This document shows, one piece after another, positions 23,568 to 36,555 of a stretch of DNA of 64,000 nt. A model generated the notes under the pieces. The model was given only the letters and a program-made list of their open reading frames with translations, made no database searches and had not been told where the DNA came from. The DNA comes from Camelus ferus. Taxonomy: Eukaryota. Within the stretch, counting starts at the first letter, position 1; each line of letters opens with the position of its first letter. The stretch spans positions 16,742,001 through 16,806,000 of the forward strand of contig NC_045696.1 in NCBI RefSeq assembly GCF_009834535.1. The letters run 5' to 3'. Made by a program: the position numbers and the translations under genes.

Positions 23568-25399
23568 TGGAAGTAATGAATGTAAGTGGCCCTTAGCTGT
23601 GTGGCATGAAAACATTTTAAATTAGAGCATACTTCCTATAAAAAGTAAGTATATTTAGACAGGACATATCTAGCTGGAATAAATGGATAAATTAATGTGG
23701 GCATCAAAAACAGTCTAGTTTGGAGCATTTTTTGATTGGCTGGAGTAGCCATTTTGATGTAAAACAAATAAAAATGGACCAGAATGCCAAGCAAACCTAT
23801 AATAGATTTACTATGAATTTTATATATTTCCATGCACATAACATAAAATAAATTTAGTATGTAGTTATATATATATATTTATATATATATATATGTATGT
23901 ATGTATAGTGTATATATTTGTCTACAAATGTTTATATTATTATTTTTTAATCTGAAGAATTTTAATATTTTGGGTTGGATATTTTCAGTTACTTTAAAAA
24001 ATCTTTATTTCTATATACTGTACTGCAGTGAACATGGAAAAAAATGAAGTTCAGTGTGTGTGCTGTATGCGTGTGTCTGTGTCTATATATATGTATACAC
24101 ATATCTATCTGTATAAAGTTCACTCCACATACTGAATGAGTTAATGATATTCAATTTCTTATATTTTTCCACGTTGTCAATTTATTTGCTATTTTAAAGG
24201 TCTAATCAGAACATCTAAAGAAAGCAGTAGGGGGGACTTCCAGGCATAGCTGTTAAAGAGTGTTCCTCAAATGATCCAGTGTCATTGCATACTTCGATGC
24301 TTCTTCTCCCAGGATAAATCAGGTTGGTGCTATTGGGAAAAAAATGTTAAGTTATTGTTTGCATCCTCTGAAAAATATGACATCGGAGAGTAGGCCATCT
24401 TTAGCATTCAGAGGCAAGTGGGAAGTTCCTTCTTCTGGCTCATACAGTCCAGGAATATAACCAGGAAAGAAAACAGGTTATAATAAGAGAAAGTACAGGA
24501 CTGGTGTTTTGCTAATATAGAGATTGGCGAGTTGTTCTATGTAGATAGCTGGCTTGAAAATTATCCTAAACTAGAGTCATTGCTGCTTAATTGTAGTCAT
24601 TCCTAAGCAGCCAAGTCAGCCTATTTCCAAAAGACACAAATAACTTTCACTGTGATGGAAATGCAGGTAAATGTTTCCTGCGTACCTGGAGGATGAACCT
24701 AGGTTCAACCTAGTTTTAGGTGCTCAAATGAATGATATGCCATAGTGGCTTCTTTCTCTCTGATTTTCCTCGCCATGTTTGAATACAGAATACTGGCATG
24801 GATGCACACGGGCATGAATGCACATTAGCATGAATGCACATGCTGGTAAAGAAGAGGAAGATGGAAGCAACAAATTAACGATGTTCCCTACTGATCCCTC
24901 AAGCACATACTACATTAAACATACAGTATGAAAGTGGCAAAACATGGGTAAATCTTTGTGCACTTGTTAAAAGTTACAATCTGATATTTAAGAATTTTGA
25001 AAATCATTTCAAAGTGAAAGTAAAGTATTTATTTTAGTTGATATTGGAGTTCATCTTTGATCACTAATATGAAAAGGTCAGATAAAAGTTTTTTAAAACG
25101 TTGGCAATTTTTACGTGGTTAGAACTAAGGATTTTATTTCCCTCTCTGGCTTTGCCCTCATTTAATGATTGTAAACAAATGGCATCTTTTTTTGTTGTTA
25201 CCGTAACAACCCCTAAAATTAGGTTTGGGGATCACCCTGTCTGTCATTCTATGTAGTCGAACTGGGGTTCTACTCTCATCTCCAAAGTTTGCAAAAGCAA
25301 CTGAGGCCAAAGTCATTTTGTTTAGAAGTGAGTGTATAACCAAAATTAAGCTTTAAGTGTGAATCCTATGACCTACGTAGGAACTCTTAGCAAGAAACT

Positions 25400-25640
25400 T
25401 CCTTCTTATCAGTTGGATGACAGTTGGTTGGCTGCCACTCTGTAACCACAAGGGAAGGATGTAGCTGAGATTGAGGAGTAAAGCTGACATTGCCCAAGAA
25501 ACGGTAAGAAATCAGATCCCGATTATACTGTTGGTATTCAGACTAATATAATCGGTATTCCCGATTATATTAGTTGGTAACTCAAACTAATAAACTACTT
25601 TTTTGCTTAAGATGGTTTCAGTCAGGGTTTCTATCATTTG
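25400..25640 (+). mobile_element. Old MaLR LTR fragment (MLT1K/L-like)
   Basis: ggctgccactctgtaaccacaagggaag...; 3' end ttgcttaagatggtttcagtcagggtttctatcatttgca. Confidence 0.55.
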
Positions 25641-28600
25641 CACAAAAATGAACCTGGTTTTGCATATTGTGGGAAATCTTCTTTACACTGAATAATTGAT
25701 TTTTATCAAAAAAAGTGCAGTGTTTTAGAAGAACCTAGATCTTGACGTGATGGAAATTGTCTAATATTTTAAAATATCCTGTTGGAATTACAGCTTAGGA
25801 AATCGAATCTTGTATTTGTCATTCTTCTCTGAGAAATGTTGTTCTTTTTCTCCAATACAGAAGGTGGTTTCCATATTTTTATTAAGGCTTTACCAATTAT
25901 GAGAAGTAGGTGGTAGCAAGACACGATGACTTTGGAAGCAAGGATCTTGCTACGTTTTGTGTTTCCATCTTTGATTTATTCCTTTGTGGAAAAGTAGGAC
26001 ATTGAATAGTCACAATCTTCAGGCATCCACAAAACTGCCAGGAAGAGACTAGGAGGCACAAATAAAATTTTAGCCTTTTATCTTGATTTATGGATGATGT
26101 AAGTCTGGATCAAGTCCTTAATTCAAGGATCTTCTGCATATTAATTTATTCACTTAGGAAAAAGGATGGTTGGGAGTCAAAGAATAAAAGTGCCCAGTGA
26201 TCTCTGTTAAGCTTTGTCCACTCAGGACCCAGAGCATTCTAGGCAGGAATTCGTATGGAATCATTGACCTCTGACTCAATGGTGAGGGGAGTTTAGTATT
26301 AGACACTTCCCTGAATAGACTATAGTAGCAATCATCCCTGATTTAAGACTTGGTGTTCCTGTATTCCCTCTACAATTAAAGCTCACTCTCAGCACTCCTT
26401 TCTGCATTTTTCCTATACTGTTAGTATTTATCCCTATTTATTACGTGTCCTGGTTCTAATGTGCAGGGACTGTTACTCACATAACTTTGGCTTATCACTT
26501 TTGAATATTTCGTTGCTATCTCCTGTCTCCCCCTCTCTAATTAGATTGTGAAGAGTTTGATCACGCAGTCAGACATTAAAAGAGGTCATCATACCTAATT
26601 TCAATTTCAGTCTATATATGTTTATACATATATATTTCTGGATCCTCTCAGAACACTAGAATTCTGCCTTACTTGGTCTCACCTTTCTTCTAGAAAATAA
26701 AATCCATCTCAAAGTCTTCCTATCTGCTTGTCTTTTGCTTCAAATACAGAATCCTCCAGCTTCCCTATTACTGAGCTTCACTCTCACGTGGGGTTTGGTT
26801 TTAGTTGGAGCTGCTGCCAACTCTTAGCCTGAATTTTAATTTGAGCATTTTTAGCTGGAACATCCGGATCCATTTCTTTCTGACAAATCCTCGCTGTCCA
26901 TGGAACTTTCCACTGGTAACTGCCTCTCCTTTAGCTAGTAATTCCAAGTGATGCTATTTTGCTCTTAACTTAGTTCACTGTTGTTACTTGGTATGAACTT
27001 CTAAATTTTATCACTATTAATGTTGAGGAAAATCAAGCCAACAGTAAACATAGGGAAGTACTCACAGAATCCACATGACCCAACAAATATGAATGATATC
27101 ATCAATTTAGGAGTATGTAATTTTTGATTATTTTTCAAGCTTTGTGTGTTAGCTTGAATTTGGGAAAATAGCGCTCTCTTTGGTTTGCTTTGAGATCAGG
27201 AAATTTTCTCCCATTGACTTTCCTGAACTTGGTTAAATATTTGTTACTATTTTCTACTTGTCTTCCCTGTCTCTAATTCAATGGTGATATAGTTCGGTAA
27301 GACAGTCAAAAATTCAAGGTGACATGTGCAGGATTTCTATACTGTTTTCTATCTGGGAGAGTTTATGAAGCACAAATGGGGGAAAAGAGCAGGAATGGTG
27401 ATAAAAACAGGGTCATTACAGTGATGAAGGGAGAATGAAACATGTGAGGCAGGAATGCAGCCAAAAAGACAGAAGAATTGGGAATGTGCATTAGCGCTTT
27501 CAAAGAACTTATGGAAATGGAATCCCTGACTGGAACAGCATTATTACTAAGGATGGAATTGAAAGAATGATACCTGCCTCTCTCTCTGCCTTCTTTTATT
27601 TTTCTTTTAACCTTTTATTGAAAAGAGACACTTCCTGGTTTCTCTTTCCTCTATACCACATATACTATTTCATTACAGTTTCAAGCTGACTTAAAAGATT
27701 GCCTTTAAAGTCTAAGTCCTGAAGTACAGAATTAATGCAGAAAATTATAAAGTTATGTGCCTTAGAAATATAATTTCAAATTGATCCCCAATCCCTAGAG
27801 AGAATATGATCCAGGATGAAGATCTATAAACCAGAAGAAAAAGAAATCTTGATGACAAATGAATTATCCTGAAATAACAGTAAGTTTTCTTATTGTTTCA
27901 ATGGATTTCAACTTTTTAAAAATTGAAAAATGATTCTTGTCTTTCGACACAGGTAGAATGAATGAGGATGAATGGGAAATATTGCAAGATCAGAACGTGT
28001 TATCCATTAATTGTGACGGGAAAACTATAGTCATTTGTTTGCTTGGAGTCTTGCAGTCACTTTTCATATGAAGAACTAACTGAATGCATTAAATACTTTC
28101 ACTTAAAATCAGAATGAGTGTTTCTTTGCTCACCCCTGAGAAGGAACACCCTGAGTGCCGTGAGTAGAAACGGTGTTCCATATGAAGTAAATTGCTCTTT
28201 TCCCCGCATACAGATTGTTTAAGTGGTCGGAAAAATTTCATTGCTTATTTCGTATATTAAGGCATAGGTTAGGCAAAAGTTCACCGAAGCTGTTGATTCA
28301 TCTGCACATAAAATGTCAAATGTTATCCAAAAGAGAGTTCTCAATGTTCCACAGCACTGCAAATTTGCCCAATAGAGGAGAGAGTGCATTAACTTACCAT
28401 TAACTTGTTCAACCTCATTTCAATGTTTTCACTTTTTAGACACTTTACGAGCCAATTGAAATAAAAACTGGAAGAGATTTATGCAGTTGAAGGAAAAATG
28501 TAACTAGAGTTTGCCTTTTGAATATTATCATAGAATGCCAGTGTTACAGTTTGCAAGCAATGAAGGTTATTCATTGAAGACAAATAGGAAGTTCCAGATG

Positions 28601-30180
28601 GTAAATAAAACACTTTCTAATCAAATTTTATTTATATCTACTGTAAAGATGGTGCCTTAGTAAGTGAAGAGTACAATGTGCTAGTTGGCGGCATCTGACA
28701 TCTTGTGTGATGCCCGTAATAACTGAGAGTTCTGAAAAGAAACCGGATAAGGTCGACAAATTGGAAATAAGCATCTTGCTACCTGCTTGCTGTCTCAGAA
28801 TTTCAATCAAGCTGTGGTTGAAAATATTAAGGAAGGATTCTTGTGATAAGCATAGAAATGACTTAGGTTAGAGCAGTAAGAGTTTACATAAAGGAGATAT
28901 TTTAACATAATTCTCATTATAAACAGTTTTCATCAAATCCATGGCTGTGGTTTGACAGTTTCCTTACATTCTGTACATTATATTCAATGTCGTTTTTTTT
29001 TTAAAAAGATTTTTCCAGAAAATATGTTAAAACAAATAGATAACCTTTGGCAATCTCTCTATTTTTCACACTGGGGAATAAAGGCAAATATTTCATAACA
29101 ATTTTTACATGAATTATGAAGCTACATCTTCCCAAAGTCAGCTGAAGTGTTCCAGGAAGAAAAAAATAGTTTGACTTTATTCATTTCTAAAAATTCTCCT
29201 CTATATTTCAGATTTTGTCTAATGGATTTTACAATGTTCTTTCTGAATATTTGCTGTCATTATCTGGAAAAGGTAAATATTCTGAAATATGCCATCAAAT
29301 GAATGTATTATTTTCTATATTTTAAGCTAGCCAATATGAAGAAACATTTTTCAACATGGCAGGTAAGGTTCTTTCAAAAGAGATTTATTCCTTCCATCAT
29401 CTTTATGTAAACGCAAAGTTTAATTAAAACTACTTTTTAAGGCTTTATACACATGTATGATTTTAGGTGACTGTTTCTTTTACATCTTTGCTGATGTCTC
29501 CCATCCCCGATTGTCCTATTTTGTTGGAGTTCCCCTCTCTGTCTCCTCAAGTTTGGTTCTGCCAGTAAAACACACAGGTTAATCTTGATTGTGAAGTGGG
29601 CTAAGTCACTCAAAAATATATTTCTTTGCTCCATCTGATGCCTTCAGTCATATACACCAAGCATCGTATCCAGTGGCCAAATAACCTGAAACTCATATCC
29701 ACAGCCACTTTCTTCACTTGTAGTCTTCCTCCTGACTCCCAGAATGAGAAATTCTGGTCCAGAAAGGGCTTCTAAATTTCAGAAATTGTTTTAAGTTGCT
29801 GAGAAAGAAAATATCACTTCATGCAGAAAACTCATTTGTTCTTAAGACCCCTGCTAACTTGTGTTGCTTCTTTGAGCAAATTAGAACTCTCCTCTCCCTA
29901 CCCAAACACACATACCTCCCTTCGAGTAGATGCAGTTCTGTGGTTGCACAAGATTTTAAGCAGAGGACACACTAGATTTATGCAGCTGTGTGCTCCTGAG
30001 CTGGGCACCCTTCTTCATGACCCGGGATGTTCAGTCGTGGATAAATTGTAATCTCCATGTTAAAAGATGTAGGGACCATTTCTGAAAGGAAATATATGAT
30101 GAATAATTTGGAAGCTGGAATAAACCTGTATTTACAAAATACAGTGTTTAACTTTGACTTTATACTGATAGGTTGAATTA

Positions 30181-30280
30181 TTTTTATTTTTATTTTTTTT
30201 TTGCTGTTGAAGCACAGTCAATTACAATGTGTCAATTTCTGGTATACAGCACAATGTCCCAGTCTTACATATACATATAT
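30181..30280 (-). mobile_element. Very short L1 3' end with poly(T)
   Basis: T-rich tail followed by gaagcacagtcaattacaatgtgtcaatttctggtatacagc, antisense to the family at 33169. Confidence 0.75.
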
Positions 30281-32454
30281 TTGAGAATTTTGACTATATT
30301 AATAATACATCTTTAGTTTAGTAGAGTTTGAACATACAGAAAAAAGAAAAGAAAAATATCAGTTTCCCCAGAATTAGCTGTTATTTAGCTGAGGTTTGAA
30401 TTTTTTTTTATTTAAAAAGAAAGAATAAACTGATCAAGTCACTCAATACTTGTGTATATTGTGACAGTAATTTTTAATTTTATAATGTTGTACAATAGAT
30501 ATATCAAAATTTACTAACCTCTAGTTGTTGGAAAAATGGATAGTTTAAAGTACAATATTTTTCTACAATTTGAATTTCTGATGTTATTCATCTAAATAAT
30601 GGATTATTTTAATGATCTAAAAATTTCCATCCAATGCAAAGTAGAGGTCACTGCTAGGGAACAATCTTTTTCTGTTAATCATGTATTATTAATGTGATTG
30701 TAATTATAACCACATTGCTACTAGAGAAAATTATTTAATTATGAATTTCAGTGTCTGATTCTAAGGATGAGAGTTTATCCACCATACTGCAGTTTTAATA
30801 GCATAATATATCGAGGGTTTAGTTACTGTTTTAGGTAGAGCCACAAATTTGTTTATTCATAGACTCTTAAGCAACCAGATTGCAGAACTGGAAATAACTT
30901 GCAAATCTGATTCCTTTTCTGATCTAATCAGAGTCCAACTTTAAGAACATGAGTGTTGAAACACAAAACATTATTTCTCTTGCAAACATTCTAACTTGGA
31001 AAAGTGAAAAGAATATTATTGCCAGAGGTACTGTCCATTTTGCTACTTCTTTTCTTGAAAAGACTCCAAAGCTGGAGAAATTATTTGTGCCAGTTTTAAC
31101 GTTTGCATTTATTACACATGAAAACAGTAAGCCAATTAAAGAAAAAGTTTTCTGATTTCTTTCCTGGTGACTGACAAACACTGGGGTTGCAAGAGATATT
31201 TTTCAAGGTTTTTAGACATAGATGCTTTTGAACAAGTGGTTCCCTCCTTTACCATCCATGAATGCTTCTCTCAGCATCAGGTTCAGTGGCTATTTTCAAA
31301 GAAATTCTACTAGTTGTAGTTCACTGGTGTCATTAATCAGATAGTATCTTTCTAACAGCTAACCAGGTTTTCTCAGAGTAAACTGGAAAATTTTTCAAGG
31401 ATATAAGGAAGTATATAAAGTGGCTGACATTTTTAGCCACAGCACAGTTTAGTTATGGCCCCAGACTTAATGAAAACATGGGACCGTCTGGCCATGGATG
31501 GCTACTGCTAATAATGCAGATGCCCTGGAAGCCAAAGCAATTGGATTTGACCATGGGGTATCCAGCCTCCTTTAATGAACCAAACATCTGCCACTGACTT
31601 GTGGGCATCCACTCCAGGGCTTACAGAGACACATTTATTCCTCTTCAAAATGACATCAGTCTTGTGAAGGTCAGAAGCATCTCTTCTAAGTTTTGTAGGG
31701 CAGCAAGTTGTTTCTGATCCTGGGAAGCAGCTCCGTGTGTGAGCACATATACAGCTGCTTTCTGAGAAAAGTCTCTCCTTTCAGATACTCCCACTGCCCA
31801 CCTCCATAGAGGCCGGGGAAAGTCCTGTTCACACACCTGGCAACTTGGATCCTAAGTTGTGTGTGACTCACTTCTATTACACCGACAACTGGGGTGATGC
31901 ATCATTTAAAAGAAATGGTCCAAAGATGAAGCTTTCTCCTTGTCTTAAGTCATATCCCCATGAAGCTTGATAGCTAGGCTGCATAACTGGACATTCCCTT
32001 TATGCTCCTGCTTCACGGTTCCCAAAATTTTGTCTTAAAATTTGGTATTTTAACAAAACCTGTTTATGAAAAAGCCATATGCCTGAATTTAAGTTAAAAT
32101 TGCTCTTGACCATATCATTTATTACGTTGTTCCCTGTGACTAATGCCACTCAGAAAACAAAAGGGGAGGGGCTTAAAAGCTATTTTTCACATGGAGTTGG
32201 TGTCTTTTCTACAGTTAGACAATGATATTTTCCTCTTTCCCTTGACTGCTAAGGTACTCAGGTAAACTTTATGCTCACTTGTTACTTTTTTCTTTGGCTG
32301 CAGAGGATGGCTCAAAGTGGACGCTTGATACAATTTTGTAGATGATTTTGTTATTGTATGCTGACTCAACTTCCTTTCACAATGAGTAAGTTTCCTCCCA
32401 TTCTTTTCTTCCTCTGTTTTCTACAAATTTGTTGATTAAATTAAAATGGAGCAG

Positions 32455-32617
32455 GAGTACATGGGGACTTTTGGACAGGATGGGCATGTCCTATGTCCTG
32501 ATGATGGTGATCACATAGGTATATACATTTGTCAAAATTCACCCAGCTGTTCCTCCTTAAGGCCAGGTGCTGTTTATAGTATCTAAATTGTACCTCAAAA
32601 AACATGACTTTAAAAAA
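32455..32617 (+). mobile_element. Old L1 (L1MD/ME-like) 3' end
   Basis: ggtgatcacataggtatatacatttgtcaaaattcacccagctgt...taaattgtacctcaaaaaacatgactttaaaaaa. Confidence 0.8.
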
Positions 32618-33168
32618 GGGGCGTACAGAGTAAATATACATACATCGACTGCAGTTCTCCTTGGAATATTAAAATGTCGATTCTATCTTTACATGAAAGA
32701 AACATATCCTTTCAAAATGTAATAAAAAGCCTCCTTGAGAAACCTTATGATATTTATTTCATGATATTTATTTTAAAAAGAGTCACTGTGTTTAAAAGTG
32801 AGACCAAGACACTGAGTTACAGGAAACAGAGGCAAGTCTCAGAAAATTAACAAAGAGTAGAACCTCAGGAAAGTCTTCTTCTTTTGTAAAATTGGACTCA
32901 ATAGCTTCTCTCTCATTAAAATTGCAATGAGATTTTGTGTTTCTACAAGAATTCTACAGTCAATACATAGTAAATATATATTAATATATATATTTTTCTA
33001 TTATATCAAGTAAAAGGCTAAATGGACAATTTACATAATCATTTATAAGTTCACATGTATTAAAATGCAATACCCATGATTCCATAGAACGTAGGATATG
33101 GTGTATTTTAGCAGTCATACCAGATATACCAATTCTCCAGGTGTGTTATCAAAAACCTGTAAGAAGCA

Positions 33169-33320
33169 CAGGGAAATATATACAAGATCTTGTCGTAGCT
33201 CACAGTGAAAAAGAATGTGACAATGAATATGTGTATGTTCATATATAACTGAAAAATTGTGCTCTGCACTGGAAATTGACACAACATTGTAAACTGACTA
33301 TAATTCAATAAAATTTAAAA
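33169..33320 (+). mobile_element. Young 5'-truncated L1 (camelid-type 3' end)
   Basis: 152-bp insert ending aataaaatttaaaa, flanked by a perfect 18-bp TSD aaaaacctgtaagaagca at 33151-33168 and 33321-33338. Confidence 0.93.
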
Positions 33321-33374
33321 AAAAACCTGTAAGAAGCATTCTTTGGGGCCCCAGAGTCAGGATTCTGGATGTGA

Positions 33375-33583
33375 GGTGACAGAATTTGGTGTTTTATCCT
33401 TGAAATTTGCTAAGACAGTACAGCTTAAGACTTTTCACCTCCCCTGTGAAATGTGCTAGGTATGTTAATTAACTTGATTACAGTAAATATTTCACAATGT
33501 ATACATATATTAAATCATCTCATTGAGCACTTTAAATATATAGTTTTTTTGGGTCAATTATACGTCAATAAAGTGGGGGAAAA
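33375..33583 (+). mobile_element. L1MA9/L1MB1-like 3' end
   Basis: ttgaaatttgctaagacagta...tatgttaattaacttgatt...ttcacaatgtatacatatatt...gtcaattatacgtcaataaag. Confidence 0.8.
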
Positions 33584-34041
33584 GAATTTGGGATGGGAGT
33601 TATGACAGTTCTGGGTCGTGTGTCCCAGAGGAGCCTCAGACCAAGTCAAGAAGAACAATGTGATTCAATAACCACATGTGGGTCAAACATCATCAGGAGG
33701 AGGCTGGAGGGAGTGACAAACGAGACAAACAGAAGGCATCTCTGAATCGCATTAAACACTGAATGATTAGGAACCAAAGCTATAGATAAATCGAGCCAGT
33801 TACAAATGATAACCTAAAATGATAATGGAGGTAGCAGCAAAAGAATAAATCATTTAAACAAGAAAATGAGCCAATTGAAGGCAATCTCTTCATTTTGAGT
33901 CTGAGTAAGAAAGGCAGAAAGAGAGAGAAAAGTTCAGTGTCACAGAGCACAAACAACATCTCAACGTTAATGTAGAGGCCACAACATCAGATGTTACAAA
34001 GACCTAGGAGGCTGAGGAATAAGAAAACACATGAAGGTATG

Positions 34042-34042
<1 letters not shown>

Positions 34043-34080
<38 letters not shown>
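34043..34080. repeat. (AC)19 microsatellite
   Basis: Perfect dinucleotide run. Confidence 0.97.
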
Positions 34081-34082
<2 letters not shown>

Positions 34083-34837
34083 CCTATGCCCCCTTCCCCA
34101 TCAACAGCCTCATACTTTGTGTGTTTGAAAGGAAGCATCCAAAACATTAAAAATAGAAGTCAGATGGAAAGGTATTTGTAGGTGAAGAAGTGGAGGCAAG
34201 AGTGTAGACCACACTTTTGAGAAATGTGATGGTCTAACATTAACTACAGAAGGTAATAGACGTGAGGGAGTATTTTTAGGGTATGCAGACTTGAGAAGTT
34301 TCACGATCTGATTGAAAGAAACAGCAGAAGAAGGTTGAGGGTGAGGAATGTGCGTAAAGCAGCCATTTGGAAAAGTAAGAAAATAAATGGATATTTAAGA
34401 AAAAAATGGAGGAAAAAGGTTCATTCATTCATTATTACGTGGCAGCCCCAGAGGACACCATCAACAGGGCACTAATAGGGATTGGGTATTGGCTCAGGAA
34501 AGTGATGATGTTTGTTAAGGAGTAGAATGGAGTCCCATAGAGAACTGAATGCGGGAAGAAAGGATGGAGGGGGGGATATAGTTTTATATGTACATATTTG
34601 TCTTAGTATGTTTGGAAACAAAGAATAAAGGAGTGAGGAGTTTGGGAGACAAATGAGGACAGGCTAAATATACGGCACTGGTGAGTAGGCTGAGTTCTGT
34701 AACTGAAGGATTATTGGTCCTTAACAAGCTTAGGATCTAGTGGGCCTGTGGGTGTGAGGCTGAAAGGCTGAGTCAAGTTGCTCAGTGGCAGAGCAGGCAG
34801 GTCCTACAACAGCTGCTGGAAAATCTGCATTAATATT

Positions 34838-35058
34838 AATAGCCAGCACTTTCTGAACATTATTAAGTGGCAGGCACATTTCCAAGTGAACTGCTGCATA
34901 GTTTCACTTATTTATTATTCATATGAGATAGCAGCTCCATTTTATTTCTCTCAGAGGCAGAGAATTTAAGTAACTTGGCCAAGATTTCACAGCTGGTAAA
35001 TGGTGAAGCCAGGCAGAGAACCCAGACTTCTGATGCTAGAGATCACGCTTTCAACCAC
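34838..35058 (-). mobile_element. MIR SINE
   Basis: gaggcagagaatttaagtaacttggccaagatttcacagctggtaaatggtgaagccagg. Confidence 0.85.
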
Positions 35059-35699
35059 ATCCCTAATTTTGTTTCTCCTATGAGTGGATTCAATGAGCTG
35101 CCAAGTGAGAGTTCCCCTTAGACTGTTCTCCAGAGGAAGTGTCCGGCCTGCAAAAGAGCAGGTGTCTCGCGGAGATCTGGATAAACTTGTCCTTTTCAAC
35201 ATCCAGAGCAATCCCTATGCTTTCTGCCTGGTAGAAACACTCACTCAGGTTCCTTTCAGCCTCCACATGCCCATGTTCACATTTTCCACCTCATGTTAGC
35301 CTGGGCTGGGCTCCGTGTTATTCATTTTTTCTTAAAATAAATATCTAGTTACTTCCCAGAATATTATAAGATTAGAAAGGCCACTGAAGATAATGAAGGT
35401 TGTTTCTTCTTGCTGTGTGAAAGACTATCTCAAAATTTAGTACCATGAAGGATAACCATCTGCTTATGCAATCCTGGGAATGATTGATTTTCCTTAAGTG
35501 ACAGGTAATACCAGTTACTAATATTTATTGTCAACATTAGCAGCAGCAACAGCATAATATAAACAATCCACACCCAGCTACTGGAGAAACAAACCTCTTC
35601 TCTTCCTGGCACTCCAACATCCTAGAATCAGGAGGGTGAAATGTGGGGAGTCTCACAGACTTTTCAAGGCAACTCCAGGAATGTTTCAATGAACTCAGT

Positions 35700-35930
35700 T
35701 GGTATAATATGTAGAAAGAGCATTAGACCAAATGTAAGTAGACCTGGGCCCAGTCTTGGTTCTGCCCTTTGATAGTTATCATAACTTGGGCACATCAGTC
35801 AGCTAAACTGAGTCATTTTCTTTACGGCCAATGGGGCAGATACTCACCTCATTGACTTGTTACAGTGTGGCTGTGATAATCAGATTAATAATGCATGTAC
35901 GGTGCTTTGAAAAGGGTAAAACGCTAAAGT
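35700..35930 (+). mobile_element. MIR SINE
   Basis: gtagaaagagcattagac...agacctgggcccagtcttggttctgcc...aacttgggcacatca. Confidence 0.7.
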
Positions 35931-36527
35931 ATCAAAACCTAACATGTATTATAATTTTTCATACGATGGTATTATTTGAAAAGCTTTACAGGTATTATAT
36001 TGTCTATGAAGTTGGTGGTATTATTATTCTTATTCTGCTGTTGGTGACCCTGAGGCACAGAGAGGGTAATTAACTTCTCCAAAGTCAGGAAACTGCGGCA
36101 GATTGAGGAATCAATGAGAGAAAGGCTCACTCCGGACAGGAACCAATGAGAGAGGGGCTCACTCCTGACGGGAAGGGAGCTAGAGATGCCTGGGAAACTC
36201 CTTTTGGTGCTACCAGGAGGGCAGAGGTGAATGGATCTAGTCGGGGGAGGGGTGGGTGTCTGCACCGGCTGACAGGGATAGATGAGTACACTGTTGCTTG
36301 ATTATAGGTTCCTCTTCTCTTGGAGGCATGAGGTGTGGAGGAAGGCTATTTTGCCTCAGTCTTTCCCTCAAGAGGCCACTCATCAGTCCTCAGTGAGCTC
36401 CACACCAAGACTGAAACTCAATATCTTCCCTCTGAAGCTTGGGGCTCTAGACATGGTCTTTTTATTCCATTGGTTTTAGACCGAGAAACAAGCCTGATCC
36501 TCAGTGACTTTGTTTACTATTCTGTGT

Positions 36528-36555
36528 ACACACACACACACACACACACACACAC
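36528..36555. repeat. (AC)n microsatellite
   Basis: Perfect dinucleotide run. Confidence 0.95.
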
